Positions 20,191 through 29,557 of a stretch of 64,000 nucleotides of DNA are shown here, piece by piece. Under the pieces are notes generated by a model. That model made no database searches. It worked only from the letters and a program-made list of their open reading frames with translations, and was not told where the DNA came from. Position 1 is the stretch's first letter. Every line of letters starts with the position of its first letter. The position numbers and the translations under genes are program-made. Source of the stretch: Gammaproteobacteria bacterium (GTDB taxonomy: Bacteria > Pseudomonadota > Gammaproteobacteria > HK1); NCBI GenBank assembly GCA_041593595.1, contig JBFHNV010000005.1, positions 1,539-65,538 on the forward strand, given 5' to 3'.

Positions 20191-20286
20191 CTGGGGTGTG
20201 GAGACAGTGCGCGCGAGGGCCACTCCGGCATTGTCGAAGACCGAATGGTCGTGCCACTCAGTCTTTAACTAACTGGAGTTACGACA

Positions 20287-21447
20287 ATGCCTCAGATCAT
20301 CAACACCAACATCATGTCGCTGAACTCTCAGCGCAACCTGAACCGCAGCCAGAACGCGCTGGCCGAGTCCGTGCAGCGCCTGTCCTCCGGCCTTCGCATC
20401 AACAGCGCGAAGGACGACGCCGCGGGCATGGCCATCGCCGAGCGCATGAGCACCCAGGTGCGCGGCCTGAACCAGGCGACCCGCAACGCCAACGACGGCA
20501 TCTCGCTGGCGCAGACCGCCGAGGGCGCGCTGGCCGAGGTCACCAACAACCTGCAGCGGATCCGCGAGCTGGCGGTGCAGGCCTCCAACGGCACCAACAG
20601 CCAGAGCGACCGCGACGCGCTGAACGCCGAGGTCACCCAGCTCAAGGCCGAGATCCAGCGGGTCGCCGAGCAGACCAGCTTCAACGGCACGGCGCTGCTC
20701 GACGGCTCGTTCGCCGGCGTGCAGTTCCAGGTCGGCGCCAACGCCGGCGAGACCATCACCATCGCCAACATCGCGAACGTGCAGACGGCGAGCCTGGGCG
20801 GTTCCTTCACCCGGGTCTCGGGCACCTTCAACGCTTCGACCCTGACGGGCTTCGCAACCGCCATCGCCGACGGCGGTGTCACCCTCGACACCGGCGCCGG
20901 TGCCGTCAACATCGGTCCCATCGCCTCGGCCGCCAATGCCCAGGAGCGTGCCGGCCAGCTGGTGGAGGCCATCAACCGCGTGTCTTCGCAGTCCGGTGTC
21001 GGCGCCTCCTACGACGAGGTCACGGGTGACGTCACCCTGGTGGCCAACGCCGCCATCACCGTCGGCGGCACGACCAACAACGCCACCGTGGCCGGTGCCG
21101 TCAACGGCGCATTCGGTGCCTCGACGACCACCACCGGCATCACCGCTCTGAACGTGTCCAGCTTCACCAGCGCACAGTTTGCCATCGGCCAGATCGACAA
21201 CGCTCTGACCGCGGTCAACGGCGCCCGCGCGGAGCTGGGTGCCATCCAGAACCGCTTCGAGTCCACCATCGCCAACCTGTCCACCGCCGCGGAGAACATC
21301 ACCGCCGCGCGCAGCCGGATCCAGGACGCGGACTTCGCCGCCGAGACGGCGAACCTGACCCGCGCCCAGATCCTGCAGCAGGCCGGCACGGCCATGGTGG
21401 CCCAGGCCAACGCGCTGCCGCAGTCGGTGCTGAGCCTGCTGGGCTAA
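20287..21447 (+). CDS. fliC: Flagellin
   Basis: Contains [47 protein letters not shown]...[30 protein letters not shown]. Confidence 0.93.
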   Translation: MPQIINTNIMSLNSQRNLNRSQNALAESVQRLSSGLRINSAKDDAAGMAIAERMSTQVRGLNQATRNANDGISLAQTAEGALAEVTNNLQRIRELAVQASNGTNSQSDRDALNAEVTQLKAEIQRVAEQTSFNGTALLDGSFAGVQFQVGANAGETITIANIANVQTASLGGSFTRVSGTFNASTLTGFATAIADGGVTLDTGAGAVNIGPIASAANAQERAGQLVEAINRVSSQSGVGASYDEVTGDVTLVANAAITVGGTTNNATVAGAVNGAFGASTTTTGITALNVSSFTSAQFAIGQIDNALTAVNGARAELGAIQNRFESTIANLSTAAENITAARSRIQDADFAAETANLTRAQILQQAGTAMVAQANALPQSVLSLLG

Positions 21448-21465
21448 GCACGCGGTAACACCGAA

Positions 21466-21493
21466 GCGGCCGGGACCTCCGGGTCCCGGCCGC
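21466..21493 (+). terminator. Strong GC hairpin after fliC (attenuator or terminator; no U-tract)
   Basis: GCGGCCGGGACC-TCCG-GGTCCCGGCCGC forms a 12-bp stem, 19 nt after the fliC stop. Confidence 0.45.
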
Positions 21494-21509
21494 TGCCCTC
21501 GAGAGGGGG

Positions 21510-21878
21510 ATGACCATGAACGCAGTGAACTTCGACATCGCAAGTCTGGCCGCACGCGGCACGCGCACCGGCGCCGACCGTCCGGCCGCCGCCAAGGCGC
21601 CGGCGGACGTCACGCAGGAAAGCGCTCGGCCCGCGGCCGCGGAACTCACCGAGACGGTGGAGGCAGCGGTCGCACGGGTGCAGGGCCTGGACCACCGCCT
21701 GAGCTTCCAGGTTGACGAGTCCAGCGGCCGCACCGTGGTCTACGTGCGCGACGCCGAGACCTCGGAGGTGATCAAGCAGATCCCCGCCGAGGAGATGCTC
21801 GCCATCTCCCGCCACCTGCGCACCGAGATGGCCGAAGCGCAGGCGGCCTCGGGGCTGCTGCTGACGGACGAGGCCTGA
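21510..21878 (+). CDS. flaG: FlaG protein
   Basis: 122 aa containing LSFQVDESSGRTVVYVRDAETSEVIKQIPAEEMLAISRHL. Its position between fliC and fliD fits flaG. Confidence 0.8.
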   Translation: MTMNAVNFDIASLAARGTRTGADRPAAAKAPADVTQESARPAAAELTETVEAAVARVQGLDHRLSFQVDESSGRTVVYVRDAETSEVIKQIPAEEMLAISRHLRTEMAEAQAASGLLLTDEA

Positions 21879-21921
21879 GCGCCCCGTCCGCCGAACGAAC
21901 GACGCGAGAGAGGATCGAACG

Positions 21922-23229
21922 ATGCTGACCGCCGCCGGCGTGGGTTCCGGGCTCGACATCGAGTCCATGATCTCCCAGCTCATGGCGCTGGAGCGCCGGC
22001 CGCTCAACCGGCTGGAGAGCCGCCAGCGCGACGTGCAGCTGCACATCAGCGCCAACGGCCAGCTCAAGGGCGCCATCGGGCGCTTCCAGGCCGCGGCCAG
22101 GGCGCTCGGCGACGGCGGCACGCTCACCGGCGTGAAGGCCGCGAGCAGCGACGAGGACGTGCTCACGGTGAGCGCCAGTGCCGCCGCGGACACCCAGAGC
22201 CACGACGTGGTGGTGACCCAGCTCGCCGCGAAGCACCGGCTGGCGTCCAACGCCTACGCGGACGAGAACACCGCCGTGGGCACCGGCACGCTGGACATCA
22301 CCGTGAACGGCAACACCCTCAGCCTGACCCTGGACGGCACGAACAACACCCTGGCGCAGATCCGCGACGCCATCAACACGGACGCGGCGAACCCGGGCGT
22401 GACCGCCAGCATCATCAACGTGGACGCGGGCAGCCAGCTCGTGCTCACCGCCAACGAGAGCGGTACCGCCAATGCCATCGCGGTGACTCCCGGCGGCGGC
22501 CTGGCCGGCTTCAGCACCAGCGAGGTGAACGCCGCCCGCGACGCGCAGCTCACCGTGGACGGCTTCGCGGTGACCAGCGCATCCAACAGCGTCACGGGCG
22601 TCATCACCGGCGTGACCCTGGAGCTGCGGAGCGCTGGCAGCGCGTCGGTGGACTTCAGCAGCGACTCGAGGGTGCTCGCCGACGCCGTCGAGGAGTTCGT
22701 CAGCGCCTACAACGGGCTGCGCGGCAACATCAAGGCCCTCGCGAACAACGCGTTCAAGGGCGACAGCATCCTGCTCGGGCTCGAGCGCGCCATCAACCAG
22801 CGCCTGAGCACTCCGGTGACCCTGCCGGACGCCAGCACGGGCTACCTGTACGAGATGGGCGTGACCTTCACCGACCAGGGCGACCTGCAGTTCGACGGCG
22901 CTGCGCTGTCCGAGACCGTGGCCGGCGGCGCCAGCCGGGTGCTGGACTTCTTCGGCGCCGCGGGCGGGCTCGCCACCGGTCTCGATGCCTACCTGGACGG
23001 CTACCTGCAGGCCGACGGCATCCTGGACGGACGCATCGAGAGCCTCGAGAGTCGCAAGCGCACGCTGGATGGCCAGGTCGCGAACGTGGAGTACCGCCTG
23101 GGCAAGACCGAGGAGCGCCTGCGCGCCCAGTTCACCGCCCTGGACTCGCTGCTCGCGCAGCTCACCGTCACCAGCGACTACCTGGCACAGCAGCTGCGGC
23201 CGCTGCAGTCGGCGAACCCCACCCGGTAA
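21922..23229 (+). CDS. fliD: Filament cap protein FliD (HAP2)
   Basis: Contains MLTAAGVGSGLDIESMISQLMALERRPLNRLESRQ...RLRAQFTALDSLLAQL. Confidence 0.9.
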   Translation: MLTAAGVGSGLDIESMISQLMALERRPLNRLESRQRDVQLHISANGQLKGAIGRFQAAARALGDGGTLTGVKAASSDEDVLTVSASAAADTQSHDVVVTQLAAKHRLASNAYADENTAVGTGTLDITVNGNTLSLTLDGTNNTLAQIRDAINTDAANPGVTASIINVDAGSQLVLTANESGTANAIAVTPGGGLAGFSTSEVNAARDAQLTVDGFAVTSASNSVTGVITGVTLELRSAGSASVDFSSDSRVLADAVEEFVSAYNGLRGNIKALANNAFKGDSILLGLERAINQRLSTPVTLPDASTGYLYEMGVTFTDQGDLQFDGAALSETVAGGASRVLDFFGAAGGLATGLDAYLDGYLQADGILDGRIESLESRKRTLDGQVANVEYRLGKTEERLRAQFTALDSLLAQLTVTSDYLAQQLRPLQSANPTR

Positions 23230-23262
23230 GCGCACGCGCCCCGCTCAGAAGGAGTTGAAGAC

Positions 23263-23679
23263 GTGAACAGCATGATGCCCCGCGGCGGCCTCGCCGCGTA
23301 CCGCCGGGTGGACGCCTACGGCAGCGTGGAGAGCGCCGACCCGCACAAGCTGGTGGAGCTGCTCTACGGCGGGCTCGCGGAGGCCCTCACCGCGGCACGC
23401 GGCGCGGTGGAGCGGGGCGAGCTGGCCGTCAAGGCGGCCGCCGTGAGCAAGGCGGCCGGCATCATCGATGCCCTGCGCGGCAGCCTCGACCTGGAGCGCG
23501 GCGGCGAGGTGGCGGCCAACCTGGAGCGGCTCTACGACTACATGGGCCGTCTGCTCACGCGCGCCAACCTCCACGGCGACGTGGCGGCGCTGCGCGAGAT
23601 GATGGGCATCACGGAGACCCTTCGCGCCGCCTGGCTCGAGATCCCCGAGGACCGGCGCGACGGGTCCATGGCGGCATGA
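23263..23679 (+). CDS. fliS: Flagellin-specific chaperone FliS
   Basis: Contains AAYRRVDAYGSVESADPHKLVELLYGGLAEAL...KAAGIIDALRGSLDLERGGEVAANLERLYDYM. It has a GTG start, with alternative ATGs 9-12 nt downstream. Confidence 0.88.
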   Translation: MNSMMPRGGLAAYRRVDAYGSVESADPHKLVELLYGGLAEALTAARGAVERGELAVKAAAVSKAAGIIDALRGSLDLERGGEVAANLERLYDYMGRLLTRANLHGDVAALREMMGITETLRAAWLEIPEDRRDGSMAA

Positions 23680-25241
23680 CCATGGCCCGCGCGGATGTAG
23701 TCGACAACGGCGCGCGGGAGCTGAGCGAGCCCCTGCGCAAGCGCCTGGAGTTCTGCAGCACCCTGCCCACCATGCCGGCGGCGGCGGCGCGGATCATCGA
23801 GCTCGGGCGCGACCCGGGCGCGAGCATGGCCGATGTGTCCGAGGCGGTGAAGGCCGATCCGGCGCTGGCAGCCAAGGTGCTGCGCATGGCCAACTCGCCG
23901 CTGTACGCCCGGCGCCGCAGGTGCGACTCGTTCCAGCAGGCGGTGGTGCTGCTGGGCCTCAACGCCACCCTCACCCTGGCGCTGACCTTCTCCCTGGTCA
24001 CCTCGCTCAAGGACACCACGGGTCGCGGACTCGACTACAACCGGGTGTGGCGTCGCTCGCTGCTGGCGGCCACCGCGGCGCGGGTGCTGGGCGAGCACTT
24101 CGGCGTGCGCGCCCCCGAAGAGGCGTTCCTGGCCGGCCTGATGCAGGACATCGGAATGCTGGCCCTCGACCGCAGCTACCCGGAACTCTACGACGCCCTC
24201 GAAGACGGCGAGCAGGATCACGACGTCGTCAAGGCCCTGGAGTACGCGCATCTCGGCTGCGACCACGCGCTGGTGGGCGCCTGGCTGCTGGAGCACTGGA
24301 ATCTGCCGGAGCGCCTGCAGAAGGTCATTGCCGCGAGCCACGGCTTTCCCCGCGGCAACGCCGGGGACAAGGACGACCTCGTGCTGATGACTCGCTCGGT
24401 GGCCCTGTCGGGGCCGATGGCGGATCTGTGGATGTCGCTCGAGCCCGGCGAGTCGCTGACCCGGGTGCAGGGCGTGTTCCGCCATGTGGAGGGCATGGAC
24501 GGCGCCACCCTGTCCGCGCTCATCGAGCAGGTGGCCGAGGCCGCGCCGCAGATCGAGGAGCTGTTCGACATGTCCATCACGGACCCGTCGCGCTCCGAGT
24601 GGATCCTGCAGGAGGCCCGCGAGGTGATCGTGATGCGCAACCTGCAGGTGGTGCAGGAATCGGCGCGCCTGCGCGAGGTGGCGGCGTCGCTGCAGGCCCA
24701 GGCCAGGGCGCTGGAGGAGAAGTCGCGGCGCGACAACCTCACCGGCGCCTTCAACCGTGGCCACCTGGACGGCGTGCTCACGCAGTGGTTCGAGGACGCG
24801 AACAAGAAGGGGATCCCCATCTCCCTGGTGTTCGTGGACCTCGACAACTTCAAGCAGGTGAACGATCTGTACGGGCACCAGCTCGGCGACCAGGTTCTGG
24901 TGCAGTCCGCCCGGATCCTCAACGCCATGGCCCGCGGCACCGACCTGGTGGCCCGCTACGGCGGCGAGGAGTTCGTGCTGCTGCTGCCCGGCTGCGGCGC
25001 GAGCGGGGCACGCAACTTCTGCCAGCGCCTGCTGGAAGCCTTCCGCCAGGGCGGCTTCGAGCTGGAGGACGGGCAGGCGCTGGTGGTGACCGTGTCCATC
25101 GGCGTGGCCACCCACGGCGAGACGGTGGACTTCGAGAGCTGCCAGCAGCTCCTGCGCCGCGCCGATCAGGCGCTGTACAACGCCAAGCAGGCGGGCAAGG
25201 ACCGCTTCGTTGAATACCGCGTCGAGGCCAGCGCCGCCTGA
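23676..25241 (+). CDS. HDOD-domain diguanylate cyclase (HDOD-GGDEF)
   Basis: The N-terminus (LPTMPAAAARIIELGRDPGASMADVSEAVKADPALAAKVLRMANSPLY) is an HDOD domain, followed by a coiled coil. The C-terminus has DNLTGAFNR...RGTDLVARYGGEEFVLLLPG, that is an intact GGEEF with an RxxD I-site. Its start overlaps the fliS stop (ATGA). Confidence 0.85.
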   Translation: MTMARADVVDNGARELSEPLRKRLEFCSTLPTMPAAAARIIELGRDPGASMADVSEAVKADPALAAKVLRMANSPLYARRRRCDSFQQAVVLLGLNATLTLALTFSLVTSLKDTTGRGLDYNRVWRRSLLAATAARVLGEHFGVRAPEEAFLAGLMQDIGMLALDRSYPELYDALEDGEQDHDVVKALEYAHLGCDHALVGAWLLEHWNLPERLQKVIAASHGFPRGNAGDKDDLVLMTRSVALSGPMADLWMSLEPGESLTRVQGVFRHVEGMDGATLSALIEQVAEAAPQIEELFDMSITDPSRSEWILQEAREVIVMRNLQVVQESARLREVAASLQAQARALEEKSRRDNLTGAFNRGHLDGVLTQWFEDANKKGIPISLVFVDLDNFKQVNDLYGHQLGDQVLVQSARILNAMARGTDLVARYGGEEFVLLLPGCGASGARNFCQRLLEAFRQGGFELEDGQALVVTVSIGVATHGETVDFESCQQLLRRADQALYNAKQAGKDRFVEYRVEASAA

Positions 25242-25268
25242 TCGGCCCCGCCACTTCGGGAGAAAGAC

Positions 25269-27551
25269 ATGGATCAGCGGGCGGGCGCAGCGCAGCGGGC
25301 GGGGGGCGACGACCCGCCGGCACCCGCCGCGGTGCTGGTGCTCGAGCCGGATCCGGAGTCGGCGGCGGAGTTCCGCCGGGTGCTGGGCGGGGAGCCCGAG
25401 ACCGCGGACACCGAGTGCGGGATTCCCGTGCAGACGTGCCTGGACGCGCCGGCGCGCCGTTTCCGGCTCACCCTGTGCAGCTACGCGGGGGCCGCGGCGC
25501 GGGCCAGCAGCGACGCCGCGGCGCGCGGCGAGGCCTTTGCGGTGGCCTTCCTGGATCATGCCGCCTGCCGCGGCGGCGCCGGGGCGGCGCTGCTGCGCCA
25601 GATCCGCCAGGAGCACCGGGGGCTGCGGGTGGTGTTCACGGGCCGTTCGTCCAGCGACGTGGACGGCGCCCGTGCGCCGGACGGCGCCACTGCGCTGCTG
25701 CGCAAGCCCCTGGATGCGGACGAGCTGCGGGCCCTCGGCGGCGCCCTGGCCCGTGGCCACCGGGTGCAGGCGGAACGCGATCTGGCGCTGGCGCGGCTGG
25801 ACGTGGCGTCGCGCATCGGCGGGATCGCCCACTGGGAGTGGAATCCCCACGCGGAGCGCGCGCGCTGGTGCCGGGAGTTCGCGCGGCTGACGGGCCTGTC
25901 CGCGATCCAGCGCACGGGCGCCGCGGACATGGTGTGGGAGCGCATCCACCCGGAGGACCGCCTGCGGGTGCGGGCGCACATGAGCCGCGCTGCCCACGAG
26001 GACGGCGCTCGCGCGCTGGACTACCGCATCCATCACCCGGCCAACGGGGTGCGGCGGCTGCGCCAGGAGTCGGTGGCCTGCCACGTGCCGGGCAGCGTCT
26101 CCAGCTGGACCGTGTCCGCGGTGCAGGACGTCACCGAGCGCAGCGGCGTCGAGGACACCATCCGCAGGCTGGCCTACTACGATCCGCTCACGGGCCTGCC
26201 CAATCGCAGCTTCCTGAGCGAGCACCTGCGCAATGTGCTCACCGCCGCGCGCCGCCATGACCGCACCGCCGCGGTGCTGCACGTGGACCTGGACAGCTTC
26301 AAGCGCGTCAATGACACGCTGGGCCACGGCGCGGGCGATCGCCTGCTGCAGGAGGCGGCGTCGCGGCTGCAGGGCTGCGTGCGCGACAATGACTGCGTTG
26401 CCCGCGAGCAGGGCGGCGACCTGTGGCCGCCGGCCGGCGCGCCGGGAACGACCGCGCTGGACGCGGCGCCGGGTACGGTCACGCGCTTCGGTGCGGACGA
26501 GTTCATCGTCGTGCTCTCGGAGGTGGACAGCGCGGACGATCCGGTACGGGTCGCGCGGCGCATCGTCGCATCCCTGGGCGAGCCCGTGGTCCTGGACGGG
26601 CGCGACGTCGCCGTGGGCGCGAGCGTGGGGATCGCGGTGTTCCCCGACCACGCGGACAGCGAGGACGCGCTGCTGCGCAACGCGGCGCTGGCCATGGACG
26701 CCGCCAAGCGTCGTGGTCGCAACCAGGTGGAGAGCTTCCACGCCTGCCTGCTGTCACCGGGCGTCGACCGGCTGAACCTGGAGGCGTCGTTGCGCCATGC
26801 GCTGGAGTCCGGCGGTCTGGCCATGCACTACCAGCCAAAGGTGGACGCGGGCGACGGTCGCCTCGCCGGCGCGGAGGCGCTGCTGCGCTGGCACCACCCG
26901 GAGCTCGGCATGATCCCGCCGTGCGATTTCATCCCCATCGCCGAGGAGACCGGGCTGATCCTGCCGCTCGGCGAGTGGGTCGTGCGCGAGGTGTGCGCGC
27001 AGATCGGCGCCTGGCGGGCCCGCGACCTGACCTCGGTGCCGGTGTCCATCAACGTATCCGCGCAGCAGCTGCGGGACCACGCCCTGGCGCGCAAGATCGG
27101 GCGCGAGCTCGAGCGCGCGGGTCTCGAGCCGGCGGCGCTGGAGTTCGAGATCACCGAGAGCGTGCTGATGGACGAGACCGGCGCCGGCGAGGCCCGGCTG
27201 CGCGAGCTGCAGGCGCTCGGCAGCCAGGTGTCGATGGACGATTTCGGCACCGGGTACTCCTCCCTGAGCTACCTCAAGCGGCTGCCCATCGACGTGGTCA
27301 AGATCGACCGCTCCTTCGTGCGCGACATCCTCGACGAGGCGGACGATCAGGCGATCCTGCGGGCCATCATCACCATGGCCCACCAGCTGCGCCTGCGCAT
27401 CGTGGCCGAGGGCGTGGAGAGCGAGGCCCAGATGCGGCTGCTGCAGGAGATGGACTGTGACCTCATCCAGGGCTACGTGATCAGCCCCCCGCTGCCGGCG
27501 GACGAGTTCGCCACCCGCTTCCTGAGCACCTGCCAGCGCATGGCGGTGTGA
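25269..27551 (+). CDS. Receiver-like-PAS-GGDEF(degenerate)-EAL protein, probable c-di-GMP phosphodiesterase
   Basis: The N-terminus is REC-like (VLVLEPD...AVAFLDH...VVFTG...LLRKPL), followed by a PAS domain (IAHWEWNP...). The GGDEF domain has YYDPLTGLPNR, but its signature is RFGADEF and is preceded by an insertion of about 26 aa. The EAL domain is intact (EALLRWHHP...DDFGTGYSSLSYL...KIDRSF...EGVES...QGY). Confidence 0.85.
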   Translation: MDQRAGAAQRAGGDDPPAPAAVLVLEPDPESAAEFRRVLGGEPETADTECGIPVQTCLDAPARRFRLTLCSYAGAAARASSDAAARGEAFAVAFLDHAACRGGAGAALLRQIRQEHRGLRVVFTGRSSSDVDGARAPDGATALLRKPLDADELRALGGALARGHRVQAERDLALARLDVASRIGGIAHWEWNPHAERARWCREFARLTGLSAIQRTGAADMVWERIHPEDRLRVRAHMSRAAHEDGARALDYRIHHPANGVRRLRQESVACHVPGSVSSWTVSAVQDVTERSGVEDTIRRLAYYDPLTGLPNRSFLSEHLRNVLTAARRHDRTAAVLHVDLDSFKRVNDTLGHGAGDRLLQEAASRLQGCVRDNDCVAREQGGDLWPPAGAPGTTALDAAPGTVTRFGADEFIVVLSEVDSADDPVRVARRIVASLGEPVVLDGRDVAVGASVGIAVFPDHADSEDALLRNAALAMDAAKRRGRNQVESFHACLLSPGVDRLNLEASLRHALESGGLAMHYQPKVDAGDGRLAGAEALLRWHHPELGMIPPCDFIPIAEETGLILPLGEWVVREVCAQIGAWRARDLTSVPVSINVSAQQLRDHALARKIGRELERAGLEPAALEFEITESVLMDETGAGEARLRELQALGSQVSMDDFGTGYSSLSYLKRLPIDVVKIDRSFVRDILDEADDQAILRAIITMAHQLRLRIVAEGVESEAQMRLLQEMDCDLIQGYVISPPLPADEFATRFLSTCQRMAV

Positions 27552-27746
27552 GCCCGGCGCCGGCCCCACGCCCGCCCCAGGCCCCTCGCCCGGTCGCCCC
27601 GGGTTCCCGGTAGACGCGACGCAACAGTGTCGACCGCGTCACATATCGGCCGCGGTACTCTGCTGCGCCGCATCAGCGGCGTCAGAATTCCGTCGGCATA
27701 TCCTTGCGATCCGCCTAACTCGCTGAAAGGTGGCCAGGATCTCCCT

Positions 27747-27761
27747 CGGCACGACTCTTGC
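27747..27761 (+). promoter_or_regulatory. Sigma-54 promoter upstream of the FleQ-like activator gene
   Basis: Reads cGGCAC-GACTC-TTGC, 89 nt upstream of ATG 27850. Confidence 0.55.
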
Positions 27762-27849
27762 TCTCCCAGTTCAGCCGAATACCAACGCCACGCGCCCCGT
27801 CCGGGAAGGAGCCGGGGCCTGCCTGGCACACCGTCACGAGAGGGACCCC

Positions 27850-29037
<1,188 letters not shown>

Positions 29038-29145
29038 CGGAACACCGCCGCACCGCCGGCCGGGGCGCCGTGCCGGGTGTCAACGGATTGACCGTCCGGC
29101 ACCGGCACACATCCAACCCATTGACCTGAATCACTTTTCGTAATC

Positions 29146-29160
29146 CGGCACGGAGATTGC
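29146..29160 (+). promoter_or_regulatory. Sigma-54 promoter for fliE-fliK
   Basis: Reads cGGCAC-GGAGA-TTGC, 55 nt upstream of the fliE ATG, with an AT-richer stretch just upstream. Confidence 0.65.
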
Positions 29161-29214
29161 TTTCAATCGCTGCGGGGACCGCGTCCGCGGTCCGGCAGGA
29201 GCAGAGGGCAGGAC

Positions 29215-29526
29215 ATGAGCGACTTCAGGATCGGTGCGCCGCCGGCCTTCGAGCCGGGCTTCGGGCAGGCCGGCGCCGCCGCCCCGGCCAAGGATGCGCC
29301 GGGGTCGGACTTCGGCGAGCTGGTCAGGCAATCCATCGACGGCGTGAACGACGCGCAGCGAAGCGCCGCCGGCCTCGCCGAGCGCTTCGAGCTGGGCGAC
29401 CCGAACGTGGACCTGGTGCGGGTGATGGTGGAGATGCAGAAGGCGAGGGTGTCCTTCGAGGCGGTCTCGCAGGTGCGCAACAAGCTGGTGGAAGCGTACC
29501 GCGAGATCATGAACATGCAGGTCTGA
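29215..29526 (+). CDS. fliE: Flagellar hook-basal body protein FliE
   Basis: 103 aa containing FGELVRQSIDGVNDAQRSAAGLAERFELGDPNVDLVRVMVEMQKARVSFEAVSQVRNKLVEAYREIMNMQV. Confidence 0.9.
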   Translation: MSDFRIGAPPAFEPGFGQAGAAAPAKDAPGSDFGELVRQSIDGVNDAQRSAAGLAERFELGDPNVDLVRVMVEMQKARVSFEAVSQVRNKLVEAYREIMNMQV

Positions 29527-29557
29527 CGCACATCGCTCGCGAGCGCACAAGGACACC

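Noticed and set aside
19744-20223. 159-aa and 133-aa minus-strand ORFs, plus the start of a 413-aa plus-strand ORF, in the flgL-fliC spacer.
   Set aside because: GC3 is only about 70%, at background level, against more than 90% in real genes. The translation is Arg/Gly-rich. The plus-strand ORF runs out of frame into fliC.
23183-23197. Sigma-54-like TGGCAC-AGCAG-CTGC inside the 3' end of fliD, 66 nt upstream of fliS.
   Set aside because: The -12 box deviates (CTGC rather than TTGC) and the site lies in ordinary high-GC coding sequence. My estimate of about one chance match per window at this stringency makes it indistinguishable from noise.
23538-26741. 1067-aa ORF on the minus strand, antisense to the fliS, HDOD-GGDEF and GGDEF-EAL genes.
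   Set aside because: The translation is Arg/Ala/Gly/Pro/His-rich with no recognisable motif. The opposite strand encodes proteins with clear HDOD, GGDEF, PAS and EAL signatures. Long stop-free antisense frames are expected at about 70% GC.
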